NCBI GenBank assembly: GCA_964019335.1
Contig: OZ025735.1
Coordinates: 62,001 to 126,000, forward strand
DNA from: Diplonema japonicum
Taxonomy: Eukaryota > Protista > Euglenozoa: Diplonemea
Length of the DNA: 64,000 nt
Direction of reading: 5' to 3'
The translations under genes and the position numbers were made by a program. Positions 48,439-59,148 of the stretch are shown in pieces. Position 1 is the stretch's first letter. Each line of letters begins with the position of its first letter. The notes below the pieces were generated by a model. It was given only the letters and a program-made list of their open reading frames with translations, was not told the DNA's origin and did no database searches.

Positions 48439-49986
48439 ATGACCAAGGAAACCGAGCCCAGCAAGGTAACGGAACCGTTTGAAGACGAAAATGAAACTGA
48501 AAACAAGGAAAAGGGCACGGAGGTAACGTCGAAAGCGATGCGGCCCTTGGTAGTGATAACAAGCTCATACTTACTGTACACGGTGACGGACGGCGCCATC
48601 AGAATGATAATCCTTCTCCACGCCTATAACAACAGCTTCACGGCCATGCAGGTCGCGGTCATGTTCACCTTATATGAGCTCGCAGGGGTAATGACAAACC
48701 TTGCAGCAGGGATGATAGGAGCAAAATGGGGACTTCGAACTACATTATTATTCGGCCTGACTCTCCAGCTCGCCGGAATCGGGATGCTCATGGGCTGGAA
48801 AGAATCGTGGGACAAAACAACCGCAATAATATACGTAACCATCTCACAAATGCTGACAGGGATCGCAAAGGACCTGACGAAACTAGGCGGGAAAACCGTT
48901 ACAAAACTGGTGACCCCCGAAGACAAAGAAGGCCAGCTTTTCAAAATCGTATCATTCGTAACCGGCATGAAAAACTCGTTAAAAGGCCTCGGGTATTTTC
49001 TCGGTTCCGTTTTGATCACCATCCCTGATCACGGGTACTACATTTCCCTTGCAACCATGGCGTTTCTAATCCTCCTTGCCATGCCCGGTGCGGTGTTTTT
49101 TCTGTCGGACGATTTGGGAAGAGTGAAGAAATCGAATCTGAAGTTGACAGATGCATTTTTAGGGTATCCGAGAAATCTGTATATTCTGTCTGCGGCGAGG
49201 ATGTTCCTGTTCATGTCAAGAGACATGTGGTTTGAGGTTCCATTGCCGTTTTATTTAAGATCGCCTTCGTGTGACGATGTGGGTGTGGATTGTCTTGTTG
49301 ACAATAGTTCATGCGTGTCGGGGACGGAATGCATTGCGGGGATTTGTGAAAATCTTGCAGAGGGGTGCGGTGGGATGGGGTTGGACCGTCGTGTTGTGGG
49401 TGCCATCCTTGCGTCTTACATCATCATCTACGGGCAGATCCAGTCTTGGACACCTCAGCTTGTTACAACACCTATTAATAAACACACTACGGAAAGCCCG
49501 CCAAACAAAAACACCGCTGTTTTGTGGTGTTTTGTGAACGCGTTTCCGACAGCGGTGTTGTTTTTTGTGCTGCGGTACTCGGAGGCGTACGATGACAGCA
49601 GGCGTGCGGAAATGATAGTCTCTTTCTTGGTGTGCTTGGTTTGGTTCGCATTTGTGTTCGGGGTCAACTCGTCGATTCATTCCTTCCTCGTTGTCAAATA
49701 TGCAGAGGGCAACAAAGCCGCACAATCTGTTGGTTTTTATTATATGTCCAATGCTGCTGGTCGGCTTACTGGAACGCTGGTGTCGGGTGCGCTTTACTCT
49801 TTCTCATCTGATAATGTGTCCCACTCCATTTCCTACTGCATGCTTGTTGGGTCTGCTATGTCTCTTATTGCCATGTGTCTCACTTTGCCCATTAAAGATA
49901 ACGCTGCGCCTGTTGGTTGCGGTCCATTCGTGTTCTGTTCCCCAAAGGAAACCGACGTTGAAGGGGGTGACGATGTAAAGGAATGA
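48439..49986 (+). CDS. arsJ: Organoarsenical efflux MFS transporter, ArsJ family
   Basis: YTVTDGAIRM, YELAGVMTNL, GIAKDLTK, TGMKNSLKGLGYFLG, LSAARMFLFMSRDMWFEVPLP, FGVNSSIHSFL and VGFYYMSNAAGRLTGT match the ArsJ consensus. Intronless. Confidence 0.92.
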   Translation: MTKETEPSKVTEPFEDENETENKEKGTEVTSKAMRPLVVITSSYLLYTVTDGAIRMIILLHAYNNSFTAMQVAVMFTLYELAGVMTNLAAGMIGAKWGLRTTLLFGLTLQLAGIGMLMGWKESWDKTTAIIYVTISQMLTGIAKDLTKLGGKTVTKLVTPEDKEGQLFKIVSFVTGMKNSLKGLGYFLGSVLITIPDHGYYISLATMAFLILLAMPGAVFFLSDDLGRVKKSNLKLTDAFLGYPRNLYILSAARMFLFMSRDMWFEVPLPFYLRSPSCDDVGVDCLVDNSSCVSGTECIAGICENLAEGCGGMGLDRRVVGAILASYIIIYGQIQSWTPQLVTTPINKHTTESPPNKNTAVLWCFVNAFPTAVLFFVLRYSEAYDDSRRAEMIVSFLVCLVWFAFVFGVNSSIHSFLVVKYAEGNKAAQSVGFYYMSNAAGRLTGTLVSGALYSFSSDNVSHSISYCMLVGSAMSLIAMCLTLPIKDNAAPVGCGPFVFCSPKETDVEGGDDVKE

Positions 49987-50127
49987 AAGACGGGAGGAAA
50001 ACCCCCCCCCCCTCCTAAATAAAAAAGACTATTACTAAAGGTAGGCACGATTTACCTCAGCAAAGATCGTTGTCAACCAGCACCGTTCCGTTTTCCAATA
50101 TCATTGTGAAATTTTCTTTTTTTTTTT

Positions 50128-50826
50128 GTGTTGTGGGTGTCATCCTTACATCTTACATCATCATCTACGGGCTGATCCAGTCTTGGACACCTCAGCTTGT
50201 TACAACACCTATTAATATACACACTACGGAAAGCCTGCCCAACAAAAACACCGCTGTTTTGTGGTATTTTGTGAACGCGTTTCCGACAGCGGTGTTGTTT
50301 TTTGTGCTGCGGTACTCGGAGGCGTACGATGACAGCAGGCGTGCGGAAATGATAGCTTCGTTCTTGGTTTGGTTCGCATTTGTGTTCGGGGTCAACTCGT
50401 CGATTCACTCTTTCCTCGTTAGAAGGCAACAAAGCCGCACAATCTGTTGGTTTTTATTATATGTCCAATGCTGCTGGTCGGCTTACTGGAACGCTGGTGT
50501 CGGGTGCGCTTTACTCTTTCTCATCTGATAATGTGTCATTTCCTACTGCATGCTTGTTGGGTCTGCTATGTCTCTTATTGCCATGTGTCTCACTTTGCCC
50601 ATTAAAGATAACGCTGCGCCTGTTGGTTGCGGTCCATTCGTGTTCTGTTCCCCAAAGGAAACCGACGTTGAAGGGGGTGACGATGTAAAGGAATGAAAGA
50701 CGGGAGGAAAAAACCCCCCCCCCCTCCTAAATAAAAAAGACTATTACTAAAGGTAGGCACGATTTACCTCAGCAAAGATCGTTGTCAACCAGCACCGTTC
50801 CGTTTTCCAATATCATTGTGAAATTT
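50128..50826 (+). pseudogene. Tandem partial duplicate of arsJ 3' half plus 3' flank
   Basis: Near-identical to 49391-50114, with small deletions causing frameshifts near 50420 and 50537. Confidence 0.9.
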
Positions 50827-51878
50827 CCCCCCCCCCTTAAAAAACTAAAGTCACTGCCGTGGGCTTTTTTGTTGCTTGATCGAATTTTCCTTGTTTTATT
50901 TTAATCTTGATCTTATCTCAGTTTTCTTTGGTTTTTTTTTTTTTTTTGTTCTTTATTTTCATTTTATTTTTTCTAAGTTGGGTTTTCTCTTCACCAATAC
51001 ATCCTTCCTTGGTTTTTTTTTTTCTTTTCTTCTTCAAACCGCTTTCTGCTGCGTGTTATTGTTCCTTCATCTTTCTAATCTTTTCTTCCTCTCCCTCCGT
51101 CTTGAGGGTAGGGAAGGGAATAAGAATAACTTTTTTTCTCCCCCTAGGGGGGAAAAAAAAATGAAAAAAGGCAAAACATTGCGCGAGGCGTGTGAAGGTT
51201 GTGTTGTGTGATATTGATTACCACGTCCTCGATATTCCTCTCATTCCTCTCTCTTTTTTTTTATATTCTTTTTTCTCCCCTTCGTCATTACAATTTGGCG
51301 TACCTACGCTAAACTATCTTCTTTTACCCCCCTCCCCCCCCCCTTGATCTGTAAAGGCCCAAAAAAGAAAAGGGGAAAAGCCTCCTGTTTTTGTTTGATT
51401 TTTTTTATTTTCACTCCGCTGAAAATCAAACTCCAAAAAAAAGTAGCTTTTTTTGCCAAACTCAACCGCTCTGCTGGTTTCTTGACAACTCCCGGAAAAA
51501 AAAAAAAAAAATAAATAAATAAATAAATAAATAACCTACTGTAAAGCGAAAAAAAAAGCCCGGATATTTTTCTCCACCGCCATTTTCGGCTCGGGGGACC
51601 CGGGTTGCCCCAAGAGGTGCAAGAGATCAATCCCTTGCACGAAGCAAAGAGCAAGGTGCCCCCAGAAAGACGCTCCAGCCCCAAAGGACGCCAAGGTGAA
51701 TTGGGAAATACGCCAGGGTCCGCGGATGATGACCTCAAGTCGATATTTCTCTTCCGGATTTTTTCGTTTTACAGTATTTATTCACAGCGAAAGGTGAAAT
51801 GTTATGGTTCCTCGAGTGGTTTTTTTTCCCACAGAGAGCGACGATGAAATAACAAAGCTCAAGGGCGTGGATAAAGGT

Positions 51879-51911
<33 letters not shown>

Positions 51912-52502
51912 CTTTTTTTTTTTTAGAGGATTAAAAAAAAAAATAATAATAATAATAATAATAATAATTAGAATGTAAAATGAAAAAAAAAAAAAAAAAT
52001 CAAAGGGGTTTGAACGACAGCCGCGCTCTCATGGCTAATTCCAGTGCCGAACGATTTTACAATAGAATATCTTTAAACCCCCAGATAGTCACAGGGGGTG
52101 ACGGGAGGATTGCAAGAGGTGCTTTTTCTTTCTCCCCTTCCAAAGAGGGAGAAGAAAAATAAAGAAAAGAACAAAAGGAAACAGAAAAAAGAGGAGATTT
52201 CAAAAAAAAAAAAAAAAAAAAAAACTGTAATTTTTAAAAATAAGTGGTTATCTGCTCCCAATACGAAAAACACCAAAAAACAGTTTCAAGCAGAAACAGT
52301 TTTTAGCATTAGTTGTGCCGCACACGGTATAAATCCTGCAAGCTACTCCTTTGGGAAAAAAAAAAAAAAAAAAAAGCCCCCAGCGGAATCTGCTGAAGGC
52401 GGATCAATCTGAAAACACCTCCCCTTTTTATTCAAAAAAAAATCATTCCCCCCCCCTTTTTTTTTCCACAAAACAAAAAAGAAATTCCCTATACCAGACA
52501 AG

Positions 52503-54053
52503 ATGGCCCTTGCAGGCTTTGAGGACGAAGAAGCGGTGGAAAGATGCAGCTTGGGGGTATGCGAAATGACCCCTGGGCTAAAACAAATAGTAGGGCAATA
52601 CGGGCCTAGATACGCAGCAATAGGAAAAGTCCTGTTGGGCATGGGGAAGATCAAGCAAATGGCGATTTGTGTCACGGTGAGCAACCTGCTGCTAGTGAGC
52701 TTGGAAGGCGCGGTGGAGAGACTGGTCAGAATATACGAAGTAGAAAACGTAATGAGGCAGGCGTCAAAAACCCTTCTCACTATGAACACCAACGAGCCTG
52801 ACGTCCTCATAGAACTGGAAGACCCATCCCAGCTCTCCCGCACCCTCGCACGTCTGAACGCATCCATTTATGGCCGCGATCTCCCAACGGAAACGGTGCA
52901 TACCCCGCCTTTGGAGACTCAAATGTCCCTTGATCTACCGTACCCCTCACCGCAAGATAAACTTTATGCTTTAAACACAGCAGTAAGCCTCGTCCCTCTG
53001 AGCGACTATGATAGTTACACAGATGATGAAGACTCTTCGCCTTGGTACACCCCGCCTACCCCTGTCCAGAAACCGAAGGTTAAAAAGCGAAAACCTGCTA
53101 AGAAAACCCCGAAAAAGGAAGCCGTCGAACGCCGTAAGTCCATAGGGTCCATAGGGTCGTCTCCACCGGTGTCGCCTGACGAACAAAAAAAGGAGGAAAG
53201 GGCACGTGCATTGCAGCTGGAGAGAGAGGAGGAGGAGGAAGCAGAGGAACGCGAACGCGAGCAAGAAATCCTGCGAGAGAGGGAACGGGCACGCCAGGTA
53301 TCAATACAGCGACGGAGGGAAGCCGAGCTGGACCGCGAGAGGAAAGCAGCCGAACAAAAAGAGATGGAAAGACTGCTACAAAGGAAGAAAGAAGCAGAGA
53401 TGGAACAACACCGGAAAAAAGCCGCCGAAGAAGCCGAACGGCAACGAGAAGCACTGCAAAAACAAGAAGCACTGCAACAAGCCGAAAGACAAAAACGAGA
53501 AGAACAAATATTGGAGACAAGAAAGCTAAAAGAGTATGAAGAAGAAGTCAGGAAGAAAAGGCATGAAGAGGAGCGTGAAGCGAGGAGAAGAAGGAGGGAA
53601 ACCGAGAAAGAAAAGTTAAAATTGGAAAAATCTATCGAGAAAGGCGTGCGAGAGTTAGTGGGAGAGCAGGCCAAGATGGCTCAAGGTCAAATTGAACGGC
53701 TTAATGGAGTTATCTTAGATATGGATCTACAGAGGGAACACCGTGACAGAGAGCGGCAGGTGATGCTTCAGAGGATCGATGCTCTGAGTGCTCAGATCGG
53801 TAATCTCAGCCCCCGCTCCATCTTGCCTTGCACACCCCCTCCTGTGCCTTCCCCCCCTCGCGATGAAGCGTCATTGCGCTGCGCTAACATCTACTTCGAA
53901 GTCCCTTCCAAATGCTCCTCTTCCCGTCCGTACTTCTGGCATGTCACATCGGGTGCTGTTCAGTGGGAACGCCCTGTCCAACCGTCAGCATGTGTGCTCC
54001 CTCACACGCCGGACGTCCTGAAGATGGTCACACAAATGCTGAAAGATAGATAA
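52503..54053 (+). CDS. Coiled-coil protein with N-terminal PH-like region and C-terminal WW-like domain
   Basis: 516-aa ORF. E/R/K-rich helix. RPYFWHVTSGAVQWERP is WW-like. Confidence 0.8.
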   Translation: MALAGFEDEEAVERCSLGVCEMTPGLKQIVGQYGPRYAAIGKVLLGMGKIKQMAICVTVSNLLLVSLEGAVERLVRIYEVENVMRQASKTLLTMNTNEPDVLIELEDPSQLSRTLARLNASIYGRDLPTETVHTPPLETQMSLDLPYPSPQDKLYALNTAVSLVPLSDYDSYTDDEDSSPWYTPPTPVQKPKVKKRKPAKKTPKKEAVERRKSIGSIGSSPPVSPDEQKKEERARALQLEREEEEEAEEREREQEILRERERARQVSIQRRREAELDRERKAAEQKEMERLLQRKKEAEMEQHRKKAAEEAERQREALQKQEALQQAERQKREEQILETRKLKEYEEEVRKKRHEEEREARRRRRETEKEKLKLEKSIEKGVRELVGEQAKMAQGQIERLNGVILDMDLQREHRDRERQVMLQRIDALSAQIGNLSPRSILPCTPPPVPSPPRDEASLRCANIYFEVPSKCSSSRPYFWHVTSGAVQWERPVQPSACVLPHTPDVLKMVTQMLKDR

Positions 54054-54312
54054 AACGAATCAAAGAACATGAACAAATAAGAAAGGGGGAAAAAAAAAAA
54101 AAAAAAAAAAAAAAAAAGTGGTGTCGTTTCCTGGGTCGAGGTCCGCTATCTCACCGGAAACTTTTCCTTCCCCCCCACTTTTTTTTATACCCCCCCCCTC
54201 CCCCAGTTCTATTAAACCTCTTAGAGAACCATGTATTGTTTCCCCTTATTTTCCCCCTATCCCGTCCCCCCCCTTCAACTACATGTTTGTTTTATAATGC
54301 TTTTTTTTTTTA

Positions 54313-55341
54313 TATGAGCTCGTCCGGAAAAAAATGTCAACAAATGACCCTCCTATGCGGCGTAAAACCCCCGTTAAATTTCTAAGTAAAAAAGTAGTCC
54401 GGCCACCACTTTGTGTGCAGAAATGCAGTCTAAGCTTGAACACCATATAGGTCAAAATGCTCGCCGTTTGTTTTATTTTTAAGACGCACGTGCAAAAACA
54501 TGTTTTTTAGAATGGTTTTTGGCAAACGATTCAATTTGGAAGTTACAAATAACCCAGACTCCATTTTTTATTTTCGTTTTTCCGTGAAAAGCGACAGGAG
54601 GAATGGACGCAGATTGAAAATCTGTGAAACCTTTGGGGTCATTTTGGGTGGGCTGGACTCTACATCACTATTAAAATGGGGTGGGGAGAACTTACCCTTA
54701 AAGTGCCATTTTGGCCTATTTAAGGCTAAAATCCCTTTAAAACCCCTTTAAAAAGCAAATTTTTCACTTTTAAAGTATTATGAGTGCAAAAGAAAAGGAA
54801 AAACCTCAGCAGATGGGTTGAGAATGAAAGTTTGGCCCCAAAGATACCAATGTCGAAGCTCTGCACGAGCAGGCAAGTGTTAAGAATTGGTTTTTCTGAA
54901 AAAGGCCAAAATCCCTTAAGAACCCCTTGAAAAAGCCAGAAAATAGGGTGTAAAAAACCCGGATTTTCGGGGGCTATGTGGCGCCATATATTTTTCGCTA
55001 AGTACTTTTAACAGTAACCCGACCCTGGGTTCTACCCAGGGGTCACAAGTGCACCAATTTTATGCACCCTAGATGCTGCATTTTAAGCAATGAAATTGCA
55101 TTTTAAACATTTTTCGCCGTTTTTCTGACCTCTATTTTTCGCTTCCCGGGGGCAGCCGGTTGCAAAGCCTGCCACCCTCATGGCAAAACAAGCATCGCAA
55201 TTGAAAGAACGGCGTCATGTACACCATGTATGTCATCTTCCTATGGTTGCATGCTGCCCTTTTTTTGCTCAAATAATCAAAACAAGAAATTTTCGGAGGT
55301 GCCCAAAAAAGTGTTGACATTTTCGTCCGGACGAGCTCATA
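54313..55341. mobile_element. Non-autonomous Tc1/mariner-like DNA transposon (~1.03 kb)
   Basis: ~30-bp TIR TATGAGCTCGTCCGGAAAAAAATGTCAACA vs TGTTGACATTTTCGTCCGGACGAGCTCATA (2 mismatches), TA on both flanks. No long ORF. Confidence 0.8.
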
Positions 55342-55374
55342 TAATTATTTGTAAATACCTGTCGTTTACAGGTG

Positions 55375-56643
55375 ATGGCCGCGGATGACTTTGTGATGAT
55401 GATGGAGGCGGTGTGTAAAGAAGTGGTTACCGAGATGGCTGAGAACCCTGTTGAGAAGGTGTGCAAGGCGCTCGGTGAGTGGGGCGACAAGGGGTGGGTC
55501 GGGAGTGCGCAGTGCGTCGACGAGGTTCAAATAGGAAAGCGTCGCGTGGTGGTGCATCTCAACCTGAGCTGCGACTTCATCGACAACACCCCAGACGCAG
55601 AATGGGTAGTACAGCTCGCCATGCGCACGGTGCAGGCAGTCGTAGTGCATTCACCTGTGGTCCTCATCACACATTTCGTCAATTTAACAAACCCCTCCGA
55701 GATCCCTTCAATGAAGAAACTAATGCACCTGCTGCGCCCTGCGTTAGGAGGCCAGGTAGTGTTCTCTTCCGCAATCGATCAGAAAGCAGCGGAAGCCCTG
55801 CAACCGGGAGAATGTCTTGTCATTGAAAACCTATTGCTACAAAGCGGAGAGGCCATCCCCAACGCAGAATTTGCCAGGACGATCTCGAGCCTCGCTGACG
55901 TGTACATATTCGAAGCCTTTGCGTCCCTCCACCTGCAATGCAGCTCGGTGGTGTACTTACCAACAATGATGGATGAATGTTACCTAGGGCTCTCCACACG
56001 TGATAGCGTGTCGGCAATTCGCAGGGTGTCGGAAAATCCTGCACTACCGTGTGTCATCATGATAGGTGGTGTTGACTCATTGGATGCCATCCATGAGATC
56101 CTTCAGGAAGCTGTCACTGTCGCAGACGAGGTGTTGCTGTGCGGTCGGTACGGTGTGCTGCATGATATCGCAACAGAGAATATCAAGCGGGAGGACGCCC
56201 CTTTCGATGTGAGCGATGAAGAGCTCGAGGCGGTGCTGGCAGCCTTGCAGCTTGCCAAACATCTCTGCCGTGCTGTGTGCGGTCCTGCTGATCATGTGGT
56301 CGTCAAAAGTGGTAAACGACATTTTAAATTTCCGGAAACGAACCTCCCCATCAAGAACGGGGCCGTGTACTACGGGAACGGGGTCGTTACAGCTGATCTC
56401 TTCGCGTCGAAATTGCTCAACGCAGAGACGGGTTTGGTCGTGAGCTCGCTTGGAGGTTTGCTTCACAACTGTGACGCGTGTCCCACCGCACACTTCCTCC
56501 GGTTGCTCGCAGACTCCTCTCGGAAGAATATCACATTCATCGGGGATGACCTCTGCCACCTTGTCCACCGCACTTCCCTCGCACATAAGATACGTACCAC
56601 AGTCCCAGGCACCATCCCCGCGTTGCAGATTTTTCTCAGCTAG
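55375..56643 (+). CDS. Divergent, probably catalytically inactive phosphoglycerate kinase-like protein
   Basis: Full-length colinear PGK fold (GKRRVVV, LQPGECLVIENL, FARTISSLADVYIFEAF, ENPALPCVIMIGG, ADEVLLCG), but the substrate and ATP motifs are altered. Confidence 0.8.
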   Translation: MAADDFVMMMEAVCKEVVTEMAENPVEKVCKALGEWGDKGWVGSAQCVDEVQIGKRRVVVHLNLSCDFIDNTPDAEWVVQLAMRTVQAVVVHSPVVLITHFVNLTNPSEIPSMKKLMHLLRPALGGQVVFSSAIDQKAAEALQPGECLVIENLLLQSGEAIPNAEFARTISSLADVYIFEAFASLHLQCSSVVYLPTMMDECYLGLSTRDSVSAIRRVSENPALPCVIMIGGVDSLDAIHEILQEAVTVADEVLLCGRYGVLHDIATENIKREDAPFDVSDEELEAVLAALQLAKHLCRAVCGPADHVVVKSGKRHFKFPETNLPIKNGAVYYGNGVVTADLFASKLLNAETGLVVSSLGGLLHNCDACPTAHFLRLLADSSRKNITFIGDDLCHLVHRTSLAHKIRTTVPGTIPALQIFLS

Positions 56644-56857
56644 ATTTTATGTTATTCGCAACATTTATTTACACAGTTATCTTTTTTTTTTCTTCTTTTT
56701 TTTTTTTGTTTCGTATTTGCTTCGTTCAAGATGAAGAGACCGCTTTTCAAAGGAATAATTGGGTGGGACCAATGAGATAAAAAAAAATAAAAAAAAGTAG
56801 ATACAAAAATAAATATACTCATTCCCCCTCCGATTTCTTCTTCTTCTTTTTGTTGAG

Positions 56858-57478
56858 ATGAACGTGCCCGCGCTGCCGCCGGTGTGCCGGCACTGCGACG
56901 GTGACATTGTAGGGAAGTACGTGCTGTACACGTATGACGGGCTGGAGGAGCACGAAGTGCAGCTGCACATGCAGTGCAAAGATGCATTTATTGAGACGAC
57001 AGCACCAAGCTGTGATTGGTGCATGAAGAAGATCATAGGAGAGAAGGTTAAGGTAAGAAGCAAGAGGCTGAAAGGTGTGGTGCATGGTGAGTGCGTGTCT
57101 TCTTTTACCAGCAGCACGGATTTGATAGGTTGTGGGTACTGCAAAGGTGTGGTTTCGGCTGCAACGGGTGGAATAGAGGTCACTCACAAAGATATAGAAA
57201 CCATTGTGCATCCTGACTGTGAAGCCGATTTTCTCCACGACACCTGTGAGCACTGCCAGCACTGCGGCGACCCCATGCTCGACACTGTAGTGCAGATCAC
57301 CGACCCTCACAGCTACGGCACAGCCAAGCTCCACCCAACCTGCGTAGCCCCCTTCAAGCTGATACACTGCCCCACGTGTGCCGAGTGCCGCAACAAAATA
57401 CTTTCAACGAAATACTCCCTCATCCACAGCAGCCCTTACCATGATGAATGTCTGGCACAGGCCCAGATGAAAGAATGA
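56858..57478 (+). CDS. LIM-domain (zinc-binding) protein
   Basis: Repeated CxxC...HxxC half-LIM units (CRHC..HMQC, CDWC..HGEC, CGYC..HPDC, CQHC..HPTC, CAEC..HDEC). Confidence 0.85.
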   Translation: MNVPALPPVCRHCDGDIVGKYVLYTYDGLEEHEVQLHMQCKDAFIETTAPSCDWCMKKIIGEKVKVRSKRLKGVVHGECVSSFTSSTDLIGCGYCKGVVSAATGGIEVTHKDIETIVHPDCEADFLHDTCEHCQHCGDPMLDTVVQITDPHSYGTAKLHPTCVAPFKLIHCPTCAECRNKILSTKYSLIHSSPYHDECLAQAQMKE

Positions 57479-57689
57479 CCTTGAAGGGGGAAAAAAAAAG
57501 AAATCATCCTTTTAAATATACGAAAATGGGGGGGGGGGGGGGGGTAGAAAGAAAGAAAAAAGAGAGAAATTTATTAGAATTCGAACCCCCCTCCCCGTGT
57601 TTAGTTATCGTCCCCTCTCCAGATTGTATGTGATGAATTGAGATTGTTGTTCTCTGTTCTTCTCCACTTACTCACACCATTATAGGTAG

Positions 57690-58649
57690 TTGGGCTGCAT
57701 GTGGGTCCTGGACAGATGATTGCGAGTTCTGCTTCAGCAAAGAGAAGGACGCGGTCGTCAAAACGAAGGAATGCAACGGGGCTGCTGTGTGGACGGGCAC
57801 TGCCGTGGGCAACAAGTCGTGCAAGCACCATATCAACAGCACGCCCATCGTGCTCATCGCAGTGATTTCTGTGCTGCTGCATACTTTTCATCTCCACGAT
57901 ACACAACCAAAAGAAACAGAAACAACAGGCACAGGAAGAACAGAACACTGGAGGACACCTCTCATACAAAGCAACCTTGTCCCGCTTCCTGATGACATGT
58001 ACTGTGCGAGCTCTGAAGGCTATCCTTCAGAACCGGAAATGGAACCAACACCAAACCCGAGGAGGAGCAGATCGCGGGGCAGAGGTGAAGACCAGACATG
58101 GGACGTCGAGATGCAGTGTGTGGAGCAACGCGAGCAAATGAAGAGAGAGACCGCACACTGAGAAGGATGCGCACCACGGAGGCTCAGAACAGGGTCATGG
58201 GCCAACAAATCGAAGAGATGAAGGCCGCACATGCGCAGCACACCTTCATGGAACGCAGGTTGGGGAAACTGCGAGACGAAGCTAGTAAGACGGAACACAA
58301 GGCAGCGTTGCGTCAGAAGGAGCTCGAAAGCGAGAACAGGAACATACGTAATGAGTACGAAGCGTCGGCTGCGCACAAGTACACGCTGCAGAATGAAAAC
58401 CAAAATCTTCAAAACCAAGTCCGAGCCCTTCAGGAGGAACAGGAGCACATGAGAGCCGAGGCTGCGAAACAGGCATCGAAGCCAAAGGCAAAACGCGCAC
58501 GCGGAGGAGGAGGCGCCTTTAAGGGGAGATGGATGTTCGTCAAAGAAAAAAATCCATCCAATCCGAACGTTGAGGAGGAAAATGTGAAAAAAAAAAAAAA
58601 AGAATTACCCACGTACCCAAGTCCCCAAGAAAAATGCCGAAATCACTAA
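57690..58649 (+). CDS. Hypothetical coiled-coil protein or frameshifted pseudogene
   Basis: Coding-like composition, but the sequence splits into overlapping frames (57720, 57787, 58098) with no obvious intron to join them. Confidence 0.35.
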
Positions 58650-59148
58650 GTACCCCAAAAAAAAAAGTCCAAAATTCGATTACCTGACCCCCTTTTTTTT
58701 TCCACGTAGTTATTATTTACACGTACTTCTTGATTTTTTTTTTTTTTTTTTTTTTTGGTACTATGTGAATTACCCCCGCCCCATTTCTCCCATAAATCAA
58801 GTTAGGTGGAGTTGCAGGAGATATTTTTCTCTTTCACTCCCTCTTTTTCTTATTTCTCTTTTTTCCCTCTCTTTTTCTATTTAAATGCTTCTTTTCTTTT
58901 TGTTTTAACAATAATATTATTATTGTCGACTAAAAACTAGCTGATGGCAGCGTAATGAGCTATTTTATTAGGTAAAATCCCGCTCGTGCGCACAAACACA
59001 TGAAACGCCAAACTAGTTCCCTTATGTGTTTATTCTTTATACCTTCTTTCCTGGTTCCTGCTTCTCCTCTCTTTAAGCCTTTTGCTTATTGTTTCTTTTT
59101 TTTATTTTAAGCTTCAAAAGCTTACCGTGTTTTAAGGCATTTAACTAC

